From Kudoa neothunni (taxonomy: Eukaryota > Animalia > Cnidaria): a DNA stretch of 64,000 nt. Made by a program: the position numbers and the translations under genes. The notes under the pieces were generated by a model that did no database searches, had not been told where the DNA came from, and worked only from the letters and a program-made list of their open reading frames with translations. Where the stretch lies: assembly GCA_964304625.1 (NCBI GenBank), contig OZ199840.1:1458717-1522716 (forward strand), read 5' to 3'. This document shows, piece by piece, positions 1-13,440 of the stretch (the stretch's first letter is position 1; each line of letters opens with the position of its first letter).

Positions 1-102
1 AAAAATTATGTTTATTTTATCAGAAAATACACACACCACCCGTTCGAATTCCCTACTTATTTCTAATGATAATAATTTTGCTGATAATTGCAACAGTAAA
101 AA

Positions 103-130
103 TGATGATAATAATAATAATAATAATAAT
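103..130. repeat. (AAT)n microsatellite
   Basis: tgatgataataataataataataataat read directly. Confidence 0.8.
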
Positions 131-639
131 TTGGATAACGAGGTTTCCGCGGAAGATAATTTCTCCGACTGATATCACAATTTTTGTGTTCGTATCTAAA
201 TTGAAATTTGCTATATTTTATAATAAACATTTATGAATATATTTAAACGATAAGTTAATTTTTTGTGTTTTTTTGCGAATTATTCATTAATGTTTCATTT
301 ATTAGAGTTATTTTAATCTAAAAATAACAGTTTTAAATATATTGAGATAATAAAATTTTTGATTAATTACGGAATCTTAATCAAATTAATTGAGCTTATT
401 TTTCGAACTTTCTTTTTATACATACAATGCACTACATTAGCGGTGAATTGTTCCGAAAATTGCATGACTTTAATTAATGTATGTGACTAAACCCGCATTA
501 ATTTTTTGGTAAAATTATAACAAGTTAATTTCAAAATTTTCGGCTGGAATTTTTTTCCCTCGTTTCTTCTTATACTGTTACAATTATATTTACTAGGATA
601 ATTAAATACGTCAGAAAATTTTGAAATATTTCTGAAAAT

Positions 640-1975
640 TAAACAGGGTTTACATTAGGCCGATTTTTGAATGAACCGATTAGAAGTTCAAAGTGTATTA
701 GCTTGGATTTAGTGACCTATCCTCAACTGCCCTCGCCAGTGGCAAACCTGATGATTCGTTTTTCTAATCACAAGTGGAAATACTTTAAACCTAATTTTTC
801 AGTCTATGTTTATATATCAGACAACTCAGATCATCATACACGATAACAAAGCAGGCTTGGTTCTTAAGGTAGGATACTCATAAGTAATATTCAGTGAAAA
901 TTATTGTCCAAGAATTTCATTTGTTTTTGGATGTAATTCGTTGATTAATTGCAGAAACATTATAATATAAAAATATTTTTTTTAGATTTTGAAAATTTTT
1001 TAAAAATAGAAAAGTTTAACTAACCAATGCATGAGCCGATCACCTTTGTTTATAGGCTTTTCTATGTTGTTAAGTTAAAATAACAAACAAAAATTAACTT
1101 AATCCCAAATATATTATTTTAAGTTGATAAAATGTCACTCGATATTTCTAAGACAATAATTATAATAGGTATAAACTTCGTCAGTATGAATGTAAATCAG
1201 AGTATCCAACCATTTATTCTCAATTTCCATCCTTTAGTAATATGAAGTAAATATACCCCTGATAATTATTTGCACATAATATAAAGGAGATCAAAACCGT
1301 TAGATTCGCAACAGTTTCTACTACCATCCGTATGTACCTAGCTAACTGCTTCTAACGTTTTTTATTTTTTAAATAAACTCACCATTTTATTATATTTTTG
1401 TCTAACTGGCTTGAAAGATGGTGTCAATATAAGAATTGTTAAAAATGATGTGTCTATTATTGATCAATTTTTTTAACAACGTTACTATCATTTTGTTGAG
1501 GAAATAATCAGTTTAGGGGATTTAGAAATGGAAATTCACCAGAAACAAAATGCCCCACTAATTTGGTACCTAAAATTTTTTATGTAAATACTTTAAGCAG
1601 AAGAATCTCATTCCAGACAAAGCTTACCTTCAACATCATTTGTATCAGAAAGTGAATCTAAAGCCAATTAATTGAATTTCGACAAAAGTTCCTATATGGA
1701 ACTCTGCGATGTTTAATTAAATATATTTTTAAGTAGGAAATAGGGCAGGTACTAGAACTTTCCAGTTGATGCAAAAATATACTTGTTTTTACTCTAGTAT
1801 ATTCCACTCCTATTATAAACTCATATAGAATCGCACCTTTTCTCTTTTTAGCTACAAAATATTTACTTATTTCTCGAATCCTGTGATGAATACAGTAAAC
1901 TCTCAATATTGCGTAATTCATTATTTTTTGAAAATTTTTCTTGACAATGAAGAACATAATCATATATGGAAACAA
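640..1975 (-). mobile_element. Highly decayed DNA-transposase debris (Tc1/IS630-like and MULE-like fragments)
   Basis: Minus-strand fragments IHTDEVY (~1190) and KPINKGDRLMH (~1030-1065) resemble Tc1-like DDE_3 motifs. LSDTNDVEG (~1630-1655) resembles the MULE RTNNxVEG motif. Many stops, no TIRs identified. Confidence 0.3.
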
Positions 1976-3378
1976 AAATCTATTTTTGAAGGTTTAATTT
2001 TTTATTATGTAAAAAATTGGTAAAATTGATGTTCCTGCTATTACGTAACTCAAATTATTGATTTTAATCCCTTTAATCTTCAAAATGCTTTGCGATTAAC
2101 AACGAAAATGATGTTTTCCAATGAAGTATTGAAGATAAAATCAAAATTATCAAACATAATGTGATGAATAATCGCGCGCATGGTTGAACGTTAGAAACAT
2201 GGTTTACGGCGGCGCTGACAGATTAATTTTAGGCTGATTGCGCTGATGTAACGTTTGGTTACAATTATTACGCTAAATAGTCAAAAAAGATGAAACCTCT
2301 CAAGATTAACAAACATTTTTCAAAAATAATTATTCGTACGACGCGCACGCATACACGAATATAGCGTAATTTCGCGCTATTGCCGAATTTTTTCTGTCAT
2401 AAAAAGTTACGTAATCGATAGCTTACTAAATGTATATAAAGACAAGATTCAATTTGCGGTTTACTAACACACATGAGCATATATTATATTATTGGACGAC
2501 ATTGATGAATCTTCAGATAGTTTCAGATGTTTTAAAAATTATTTCAATTACTTTGATAAATTTAAAATATCTGAAAGTTTTTAAAATAAGGAGTTTATAG
2601 ATTTTAAATTTGTTAAATGGATCACTAGAATTCAATAATAGGATTAAAATCCAATTATTTCAGGGTTATTATGAACTCTAGCTAACATTTTATTTAAATG
2701 TTATAATCAGTTGTTAATTTAACAACAGCACCTATTTGTATATATAGAGTAGGTGTGTTTTCTTATAAGTTGTGCACAAGTGCACTTTTTATAATAGGAT
2801 AGGATAATGGTAAAGTATATGACCCTCAGAAACGTCATCTCGCGCTATTTTTTTCTTTAAGATTTTTTTACGAATAGTTTAGCATAAAAAAGAATATTAA
2901 ATTCATTAGATTCAATTCGAAATAAAATTTTCATCAATTTCTAACTCGGGTTAAATCGGAACAAAGTGTAATCTGCGTATTACTCAATTATTCTCTGAAA
3001 AATCGCACATTCTGCAAGCATTTAATTGATTTGTACCTTAATAATTGTTTAGCACATTTTTTACTTATTCTTAAGACATAAGTAATTGTTTTGGTGCAAG
3101 TTTTTGTCTTTGTGTATTTATTATCATTATATTTTAATTTAAACTTTGTCATGATTATTGAAAAGTTATATTGTGACACCTAACAATTAAATAATATATT
3201 TTTTAGTTTATAATTTTTTCTCGTTTCTACTTATATAATACAAAGAATTTTATAAGCAAATTATCTTTTTTAATTTTCTATGAAAATTTAAAAACAATCA
3301 TTTTTAATGTCCTGCTCGAATTATGCAAAAGATTATTAATAAAAATATTTATGTTAATATTTTTTTTAAATTTATGCT

Positions 3379-5496
3379 TTAAACTTTTCGTGCCAACAGG
3401 CTACCCTAGTGAACACTTATACAATCTCTTAATGTAAAGCTTAATTATGGGAAATACGGACATTAAATTAATTTTTGTAAGCATTCAATCTTTTTTAATA
3501 CTAAATATATGAATTTTTAAGAAAATTTTGTAAACATTTTACAGCAGCAAACTTTAAGTCATTATATTATTTCATGAAATAAAGAATACTTTTTCAATAA
3601 AATATAACACAAAAATTTTTTAGCGCCAAGTTGGAACAAACCTGGGCCACTACATTAATTATAATAATCTGAATAATGGTAAATCGATATCAGAAATAGT
3701 TATTCTTTCAAATGTCGATCTACCAGAACCTGACACGGTTTCTGATGATGAAATGGAAGAATATTGCCAATTAAAAGATGATGATTTCTGTGTTTCTACG
3801 TCCGATGACACTGACTTTGAAAATGATGATGTAGAGTACAATTGGACTAACAAAAGTCTTTTGTTTGATATTCCGGATGATGTTTTTACTTTAACTTCTT
3901 CTTTGGCGAATCACTAATCTAAATGATAACAGATGATACAAACATTTATGCAACTCAATGTGGAATAAATTTTGTTACAGATGTTGAAGAAATCCAAAAG
4001 TATCTAGTGGTCCTCATTTTGATGGTTATTGTTAGAATATGTCGTTATCGCTACTATTGGAGCACATCATTAGATTTTCCACACATATCAAACGTTTTCT
4101 CTAGAAATAGATTTGATAAAATTTCAAAATTTATTCATTTTTCAAATAATGAAGATATCATTAAAGATCAAAACTCGGAAAATTATGACCATTTTCCTAA
4201 AATACGACATTTTTTAGAGCATATACGGTCCTCTTTTTAAAGATAAAACCAGCAATCTGCAATTCAATCGATGAGAAAATGATTCCCTTCAAAGAAAGGT
4301 GCAAAGCCAAATAATACCTCCTTATTAAACCAACCAAATGAGGGTTTAAAGTGTTTGCTCTATGTGGCATCAGTGGCTTAGTCTATGATTTTATCGTGTA
4401 TCATGTATCGTGTATGAGGGAAAACCACCAGCAATTTCACAAACTTGTGGTCAAACTTGGAGTTATTTTGTAGTAAAATTATACGAGACTTTACCAACTT
4501 CAAGATCCTTCTTTTTGTATTTTGATAAATATTTCACATCTACTCCACTGCAGCAACTGTTAAAGATGCGAAACATCTACTCTGTTGAACAATAAGAAGG
4601 AACAAAATTAAAGATTGTCCATTAACCCCGGTAAAACAATTCAGCAATGAAGGTCGCGATTCGTACGATAGCTTCCAAGATACCAAAAATGGAATAATAT
4701 TAACTCAATGGTGTGACGGTTCTGGTGTTACGCTTTCTCCTACTCATTCTTCATCCCAACCCCTTGGTGTAGTTAAAAGATTTTATAGAATGGCTAAAAA
4801 GACTGCAAATATTGACTACCCGAATGTACTTTCAGGATATAATAAAAAGATGATTGGAGTTGACTTGTCAGACATGTTGATGGCACTGTACAAGTTAAAC
4901 CACAATTGCCTAAAGTTGTATATGCGAATATTCTTTTAGGGAATCAATACCGCCATAACCAATGCTTGGTTATCATATAGACGAAATACAAAGATTAATG
5001 GTGAGAACAACAAAGTAATGGTCCTTTTGCCACTTACTCAGTCTATAAGTGAAAGTTTGATTCACTTCAAAAAATCCAATATGATAAAATAGCGTTGGCG
5101 TCCTTCATTGGATGATTCTAAAGTTGTAGCTGTTGATTGTTTGCATAAAAACAATCGAAATCCCTGTCAGAGTCAATAAGATTTGATGACGTTGGCCATT
5201 ATACTGAAATAGTGGATACAAAAGGAAGGTGCCGATTGTGTAAAAAAAGAACACAATTCAGCTGTATTAAATGTGGAATACCGTGTTGTATTGTTAAAAC
5301 TCGAACCGGATTCGATGGAATTTTTTTTTCGCGCGAGTGCCCAATGGTCATTCTGGTCACCACGGCGAAAAATGTTAAAAAATAATATTCAAACATTTAA
5401 TTTGGATTCAACATTTTTTTATATGAGATAAAAAAGAAATATTTATTAAATATAATTTTTATAGCTTGGATTAAAAAATTAGGTGCAAAAGAGTTA
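3379..5496 (+). mobile_element. Decayed piggyBac transposon (PGBD-type transposase pseudogene ~3700-5300)
   Basis: Fragments SRNRFDKISKFIHF, SIDEKMIPFK, LYFDKYFTS, YNKKMIGVDLSD and a C-terminal Cys-rich CRLCKKRTQFSCIKCGIPCC, broken by stops and frameshifts. TTAA-flanked ends are degenerate, so boundaries are approximate. Confidence 0.85.
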
Positions 5497-6929
5497 ATGC
5501 GGGCTAATTTAAGGAACTAAAAATATGTCGAATTTAAGTTTTTTACAGTAACACGTAGTTAGGTACATTGTACATTCATTAAAAATATTTTAAAATTTAT
5601 TTTCTTATAATTTAAATAATTAACAATTGAATTTACTCATATTTTGTATGATAAATCTTAAGTAGAATTGAATTTTGTATTTTATAAAAATAGATAATGA
5701 TTAAATTGTTGTTAAATATATTTTTATACTATTAAACGAAAGCTTATAATAATAATTTTTTTAATATCCTTGAATTTATCATTAGAATTTCGATTTAATT
5801 TTTAAAATAAATAACGCGAAGTGTTAACATTCTTGCGCGTGTACACACACCGTAAAAAATGCGACAAATTTTTATTGACATACAAAAACAAAATACCTAC
5901 AATTTTGTTTTTATTTTCCAGTTATATGTTTTTATGTAGCTTTAGCAAAAAATGTACCATAATAGGAACTATAATTCGAGCCCACCTTGTTCAATTACTC
6001 CTCTTTTTATTTCTGCCTATTTGCCTTAAAATTTCCCACTTGGATTGCAGAGCTGATACATAATTTCCTGGTCAATCAAGTTTTGTTATTGCTTTAAAAT
6101 TTTAACGAAAGTAATTTGTTGAAACGGAAATAATAATGGTGATTGATTATTTCTGCGTTCTTCAGTGTAAGTTTTATATTTTTCATCACTCTTTGATAAT
6201 TATTACATGATACAATGAGACACTTTTTAATCTTAATAAAGTTTTTTTTGAATATATTACGATTAATTTAGGATTAGGATTCTTAAATTTTTCAGCATTA
6301 ATATACAGTAGGTAACCGGTAATGCGCACTTTCATCAATACGACGTATTCAAAGTTTATAATAGATGATACTTTTTATAATATTTTTATGATTGTAAAAA
6401 GATAAATGTCTTTAAAATCTTTTTGAATTAAATTAGGAATTTACCAATCTGCCGTACCACGTGACTAGCGGATAATACGCACTTTGTTGGCAAAACCACT
6501 TAGATTTTATCCTTTTTTATTGGAAACGAAGGAAAATTTTTGTAGAAATATTAGAAATAATGGAAAATAATTACAAAATATATCAAAAAGCGCAATAATA
6601 GCCATCATTAGACTTTTACAGTATACGCTGCATCCAAATTATGTAGTAAGGTGAAGTTTTTTAAAATTTTAGAGTGAAAATATAAAAACTTTATTTTCAT
6701 ATTGTACTAAATATAAATATGAAATAAAATAACATTTATAATTTCATAAAACTGACCATTTACTAAATTTTATCCCAATGTAAAAGGATATAAATATTTT
6801 ATGAAGATATGACTCGAAAAAAATTTACAAATTATTTTTTAGCTAAATAACCTTAATAATGTATTTTTAGTCATTCTAATCTAAAAATTAATTGTATCAC
6901 TCATGACAGAAAATAAGGAAAACAAAATA

Positions 6930-7130
6930 AATTAACCACTCTCGTATTTCACTGCTTATTATCGGTTGCAACGTTTAGTACACGCTTTTTGTGATTGTCC
7001 CAAGGGAATTACGTACTATCGATTGCCCATTGTACAACGTTTTGAATTCATCTTCAACAAAATCTTTAGGAATAAACGCGGGTAAGATAACACATTTAAT
7101 GAAAGTTTTAAAATCTAAGACATTTTTGTT
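6930..7130 (-). mobile_element. MULE-like transposase fragment
   Basis: Minus strand reads LPAFIPKDFVEDEFKT, similar to the MULE C-terminal ALAFVPxxxVxxxF motif. Heavily degraded. Confidence 0.35.
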
Positions 7131-7369
7131 TTTCTAAAGGATAAGTTTTAGACTCTTATCCTTTAAATAGGTTGTCAGAGATGAAAAGAACCGTATAACA
7201 CGTTATATTTTGATGTTTTTTTAAGCTCTCTATGTTGTTATTTCAAAATCGATAATCATTGTTTTTAGTAATATCATATTACTCTTTTCTTTTAGTAACA
7301 CAAAAAACTAAATGGAATTTTTCTCATACTTATCCGATATCAAAAAGAAAGCTAATAGGTAAACCTGAC

Positions 7370-7669
7370 TGAATAAATCCACTCGGAGCCAACGTCCTTG
7401 AAGTGATAGGGTTTGTCGTGTATCCCCCACAGGACGCAGATTTCTAGCAGGTCAAACTGATAAGTCCGCCTATTAAGCAATCCTATACTACCTTACGAAT
7501 TAGCGAAGCTCTGATATGTTTTGGCGTTTTTCCGATTTTATGATGATTCGCCGGATGTTTAAGCCGCGTACTTTAAACTTATAGTTTATTGTGTGAGATA
7601 GCCACTTGGGAAAAGGTAATCTCTCTCCCAAAGGTGCGGAGGGAATTTTTGCTGCGTAAATAAAAAAAA
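7370..7669 (+). mobile_element. 3' part of a SINE/short retroposon related to the one at 36021-36474
   Basis: Shares GAGCCAACGTCCTTRAAGKGATAGGGTTTG (7386 vs 36267) and TCCYAYACTACC. GC-rich island ending in an A tail at 7662-7669. Confidence 0.65.
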
Positions 7670-8350
7670 TTATTTGACACTTAAAAGGACGACATTTAAA
7701 AAATATGATTAAATCTATTCACTGATGGATTAATTTAAATTAAAAAACATTTTTTATCGTTTTCGGCTCTTAAAATTAGAAAACTTCATTTCGGGGCCAT
7801 TTCGAGTATTAAAGAATAATAAAAATATTAATTGTACTAAAAACGGGTGTAAAAACACGATACTTTAAAAAATTATGATTTAAATCACGTTTATTCAATG
7901 ATAAATTACATGGATAAAATAATTTTTCTCTTTCCAACTCCAGTAACTCCTCACAAAAAATTGTTTGGTATATAGATATGATAACAATATTTCACAGTAT
8001 GGAATATATTTATTATGAAACCTAAATTAAACACAATTTTTTAATATATCAATTATTAGGACATACATTCGCGCATACGTATATATCAACATGTAAAATT
8101 GGACGAAGGATTCTATTTTCCAGTAAAATAAACTACCATAGTACATATGAATATGGGGAAATTTTTATTTAATTATATAAAGTTCATTATTATCAATATA
8201 ACTACAAAATATATAAAATAAATATAATTTGAGTGATTAGACAGTGGACATGTAATAAAAAAGTTTCAATAATTTATTAAATAAAATGTATTTTTATAAC
8301 TACATAAATATAACGATGAATAGGTTCTCTGTGATAATTTATGTACATGA

Positions 8351-9241
8351 TTAATCCAATTTTTTCCGATTGGATGTAATTCTCGACTGAAGCTATAAGT
8401 TTAAATTAAACCACAACAATAAAATACAGATGTTACCTGATCAAATCCATCAAGTTGATGCAAAACTGTACTGTTGAAAAGATTTCCGGTATATTCAAAG
8501 GTTGTTATGTGGGTTTCCACGAAAAATTCTCTACTAAAGGCGTTACCAGTGAGTTTGTTGTGTTGAAGTCGTAATATTCGGAGTTTTTTCATTTTATGGA
8601 TATTGGTTGGAAGATTTTGCAATAAATTGTGGTCGAAACTCAACTCAGTTATCTACTATAAATAAAGCAACACAATGAAAAAAACATTTACATTGCATTC
8701 AGATAGATCTGCCTCTACGAGAATTATTTGATTATTGGACACGTCCAAACTTCTTAATGTTTTAATGTCGAAAATTGGCTGTTCCAATTTTTCAAGGTTA
8801 TTATGAGAGAGATTAAGATTTTTTAGGGATGTCATTTGTGAAATGGTGTGTGGAATAGAAGAAATTTTGTTGCAACTTATATCTAATTTTTCGAGCGATA
8901 ATAAACCACCAATTTCATCAGGTAGTTTGACTTAATGCATTAATATTAAAGATATGACATTATTTGGATGAATTTTACCAATTTTATTGGATTTAAGATT
9001 AAGAATTTTTAACTTGGTAAATTTTCCTATCCAATCAGGAATAATTTTAATGGTGTTAAATGAAAGATCGGCCGATTTAAGTTTTTCACATGCTGTCTCA
9101 AATTCGGGAGGAATCTAAAAGCTCATAACAAAATCAGCTAAACAACATTAAAATTACATGATTCACATGTTTGCGAGAGACATTAATCATTCCATATTTT
9201 GTCGACGACTCTCTGGCATGTCTTACTTGAGCATTTCCCAT
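8351..9241 (-). CDS. LRRC57: Leucine-rich repeat-containing protein 57 homologue (5 exons)
   Basis: Spliced across 4 short GT-AG introns: MGNAQVRHARESSTKYG...DLSFNTIKIIPDWIGKFTKLKILNLKSNKIVKLPDEIG...LRILRLQHNKL...GNLFNSTVLHQLDGFDQLQSRITSNRKKLD*. The MGN start and the C-terminus match LRRC57. Frame intact. Confidence 0.85.
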
Positions 9242-9871
9242 TTTCCGCAAAGATTTGACCTCAAATCACACTATCCTATAGTAAAATTGAGATGAAAAGC
9301 ATATAAACTAGAAATATAAATATGAAATCTAACTTTAAGTTAACTAATCAAAACAACAATGGAAAATGGGATTTTTGGGTTGTGAGAGTAGTCGGACGTT
9401 TTCGATTTTTAACCTCAAAGCCGGATTCACTCGGAGTTTGTACATTTATTCATAGAATGTTATTTTTTCCAAATGTGATTTTTTGTGATATTATAGGGTT
9501 TATATATCAATACAAGTGTTAAAATGTAGAACGGTGGCCGCTTTTTCCGATTAAAGATTATAATTAGTTCGTACGTTAATCCTATATATTTTATAATAAA
9601 TTAAGGCAGTGAATTTCTCGAAAATTACTCAAAATATTAAACTCAAAATTTATACATCGTCATAAATTAGTTTAACTTAAGTTTTCCTTAAATTTCAATA
9701 TTTTACGTAAACGACAACACAAATACCGGGGATGATACTTATTTTTCATATATTAAAAAAACAACAATTAGAATTAAATATAATAGGTTAAATAATTTTT
9801 GATCCTTCAAATCATGCTTTGGGCGCGCGTTCTGCTCTTACAATTTGACTAGGTACGCGTTAAGTTCAAAC

Positions 9872-10108
9872 ATGTTTACACTAGGAACACGATTTGACAC
9901 CTTAGAGGATCTTAATAATGCCATTTTAGATTACGAACAATCAAATTTTTATAACTTTTATAAGTATCAAGCTAAATCTATTTTGAATATGCGAGACAGA
10001 ATTACTAAATCAGTCAATCTAGCTCTACGTTATTATGAGGTTACTTACTGTTGTATTTACAGAGGTAAAAACAAACCAAAATCTTGTGGCAGTAGAAATA
10101 AACCCGCT
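9872..10108 (+). mobile_element. ZSWIM3-like/MULE transposase N-terminal remnant, cut off by a piggyBac insertion
   Basis: MFTLGTRFDTLEDLNNAILDYEQ...LRYYEVTYCCIYRGK...GSR resembles the ZSWIM3 N-terminal domain. Similarity ends at the TTAA at 10109. Confidence 0.6.
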
Positions 10109-12681
10109 TTAAACTTTCTGGTACCAACTGGGGTATTTGAGAGACCCCCACATTATCTATTTTTATAATTCAAAAATCAGCCTCTGATAGTCTTCAAAGT
10201 TTCCGAATTTCTCTAATATTATTATTTCGATATTTTAATAAAAATAAGTTTTTTATAATATGATTAATTCTAATGAATAAATTCCAAATTAATGCTACCC
10301 GTTAATTTTGAATGCATCGGACTATGTTTCTAATGTTACATATTTGTTTTATATATATTGAAGATAGCTTTAACAGTCGAAAATTTAATAATATCCGTTC
10401 TAAATATTACCGCTATTGGATTAATTAGGATTAATCCGACCAAGCCGAGCACAAAGTTTTTCTTGCGGATATTGAGGTAATAATTGTTAAATTACTCTTT
10501 TGATGCATCCGTAATATTTAGTATGAGACTAGACCAAACTATTGAATGATGTTGGATGTTGAAAAAATTATTGAAGATTTTTCTTCTGTAAATAATGATA
10601 GCTGCTCAGAATATAAAATATCTGAATCAGCTGATTGTGTTATTAGTGATATAAATAATGATGAAGATTTTCAAAGTGACGTTAAATTTCGATTAACTAG
10701 ATCCCATTGATGATTCTATTTTTTTCTCCCCCATCTGGTCTTGAATGGTTCAAATGAATTTGTTCGAAAACTAAATCACATTACATCGTTACTTCACCCA
10801 CAGGCATTTTAGAAGAACCTAAAAATATAACGTCCACTTTTTATGCTTCTGAGTTGTTTATGTCGAAAGACAATTGATGAGGTTGTGAATACACCAACAA
10901 ATATAGTGAAGAAACTAACCCAGAGAGTCACGCAACAATATCTAAAGATGAAATAAAAGCATTTATAGGCATATTAATTGCTGCTGGGCGTTCAAATGGT
11001 AAGATGCTTGCTCACAGGAGTATGTGGGATGGTAGCCTATTGTTCAACCAATTATTCTTCCCCACAGTGATGCTCAGAAACTGGTCCACTTAAATTTATA
11101 GAAAAATCCATTTCGACGATAAAACAAATAGAATTTATTGGTTTCAAACTGAAAATTACCAATTTGAACCTTGTCGCCAAGTCTTCAATCTATTTACTGA
11201 AAATTGCCTGAAGTATTATTCACCTGACACGCATATTACAGTCGGCGAAAGGTGAGTAAGGTTTCGGGGTAAATGCCCGTTTCGAGTATATAGAAAAGTA
11301 ATCCTGGACGATTCGGAATCAAACTTTGGGGGCTGCAGACACGGAAACGTCATACCTACTGAATATTCAGCCTTATACTGGGAAGGTTGGTGGAATAAGG
11401 ATAAAAATAAACATTATTTATTGTTTTGATTGTTCCGATTCTTTTGAACAAATTTTATTAATTTTTTTTATACTGAATATGTTTGCAATTTAGAAATTAT
11501 ACAAAAATTTTTATTCAAAATTAAATACAATATATAATTCATTCTACGATCTCTGATGCATTAACATTTATGGTATATACAATTTTAATCGATTATAATA
11601 AATGAATTTTACCTAAGGCCCAGCGGATTTTCATTTTTTGAATGTACACACAATTACGCCATTCGGGAGAAAAAATATCTGTCTGTTGAACAAACGAATA
11701 AAATTAACCCCGATATAGAGAAAAAAATATTCTAATTTATGTTTACGTTACTATTTTTCCAACTTCAAAAATAATAAAATAATGGCAAGACAAAAATGAT
11801 TTTGTTGTACATATAAATATTAAAATATAACAAATTTGTTGACTATTATTTTTGGCGTATTAAACATTGATGTTAAAATTATGCAAACTTTGCTCATTGC
11901 ATCATTTATCGTTTTTAAATATTATCATTTTATGTACTATTTAATGGAAGTAGCTATTGATGCGACAAACAATATTCAGAGGTCACTAATTTTGGGTATT
12001 ATTTAACTATTTCTAGTCCACCGCTTCACTCTTAACAGCCAGGAATAATTAAATAGAGCAGGTTATAAACAATTAAATCTGTATATCGTTTGTGAGCAAG
12101 AGTCATTGAGATTAAAAATTTCCATCGCATAAAGGCATAATGCCGTTTAGAACTAAATTTTACCATGCATATAGCCTCTGTCTAAAAAAATTTAGGAAAT
12201 AATATAAATCAATATTGGATTATAGAAGTCTTCGCTCGTATGGCTTAATGACTGATCAAAGCGGCTATCACACCATACACCCACTAATTACGGCTTCCGC
12301 GACTTCACCGAACAGCGATGGGTATTTAGTTGTTCCGATAGTCGTGATTTTGTCGAATTATTCATAATATTTTGATCATTAGTCTTCCAAAGAACCTTTT
12401 TTGATATAAAAACGATAATGTTTGCTAATTATGTTACATTTTGATGCATTTGTATCATTATTTTTGCTATGGTTTTCGTCATAAACAAAATGAGTTATAT
12501 ATAGATCAAATAACAAAAACTAATCTTATTTGACATGAATTATCATATTTATGTCTTTAATTTTCGGTGAAATAATTTTGAGCAGATTGAACAAGTTTAA
12601 GATGCATTTTGGGTGAGGCACGTTAGTGACCCCAGTTGGTCACTCGCGTTCTGTTGTAGTAGCTGGTACAGGAAGGGTTAA
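10109..12681 (+). mobile_element. Decayed piggyBac transposon
   Basis: TTAA at 10109-10112 and 12678-12681. TIRs ACTTTCTGGTACCAACT vs CCCTTCCTGTACCAGCT (reverse complement of right end). Transposase debris ~10850-11400 (EIKAFIGILI, IHFDDKTNR, FRGKCPFRVY, IQPYTGK). Confidence 0.85.
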
Positions 12682-13440
12682 TTCTTAACGCCAAAAGTAT
12701 TTTTAGTATTTGATTTAAATTCATAACGTGGTTATAATTATCTATTGACAAATTATTTTCAATTTTGTTCATAGTCGTCTTCAGTTTAACCGACCAACAC
12801 TTATTTTGGCAACTGAAAGATTTTTATTGTCTCATACAGTGTCTTTTAAGTGGAAATAGAATAGTTTTAATATAAATCGCAACTTTTGTTGCGCGTGTGC
12901 GATAGGGGGGGTTTCTCGTTGTCGTTAGTTTTAATAAATTATATAATTTAGTTATTTTTTAATGATTTTTATATTTTCTTCAATACTTTCATTCAATGGG
13001 ATATATTATTGATCACCTGGTTTAAAAATACACGCAGATAAACAAGAAATCAAGTGGGAATTATTAGATAAATAGTGACGGGATTATTTGCATCAATGAA
13101 TTATGGGTTAATTACATTCTGAAAAATTTCTAATAGTTATAAATTATGATTTCAACAAATACATTGCTTTAAAGCATATTGAATTTGTTATTGCGTTATA
13201 AATTATATTGTGATTAAGTGAGTTAGTGATTATTTTTGTTAATTGTTGGCTAAATACAGAAACTTGATAGGAGCAGTTAATGATGATGGCAGTTGAAATA
13301 ATATATTTTGGAATAATTATGGTAGATAATTCGTATTTCACTGACATTTGTAGACAATGAATTAATCGTTATTCTTCTTAATAGGTATTATTCATATAAA
13401 TTAAGTCTGAATCATCTATTGATAATTAAATAGGACCAAT

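Noticed and set aside
7455-7510. Hammerhead ribozyme (CTGATAAG...CGAA)
   Set aside because: Core is CUGAUAA rather than CUGANGA, with no GAAA and no supporting stems. It lies within the SINE-like element.
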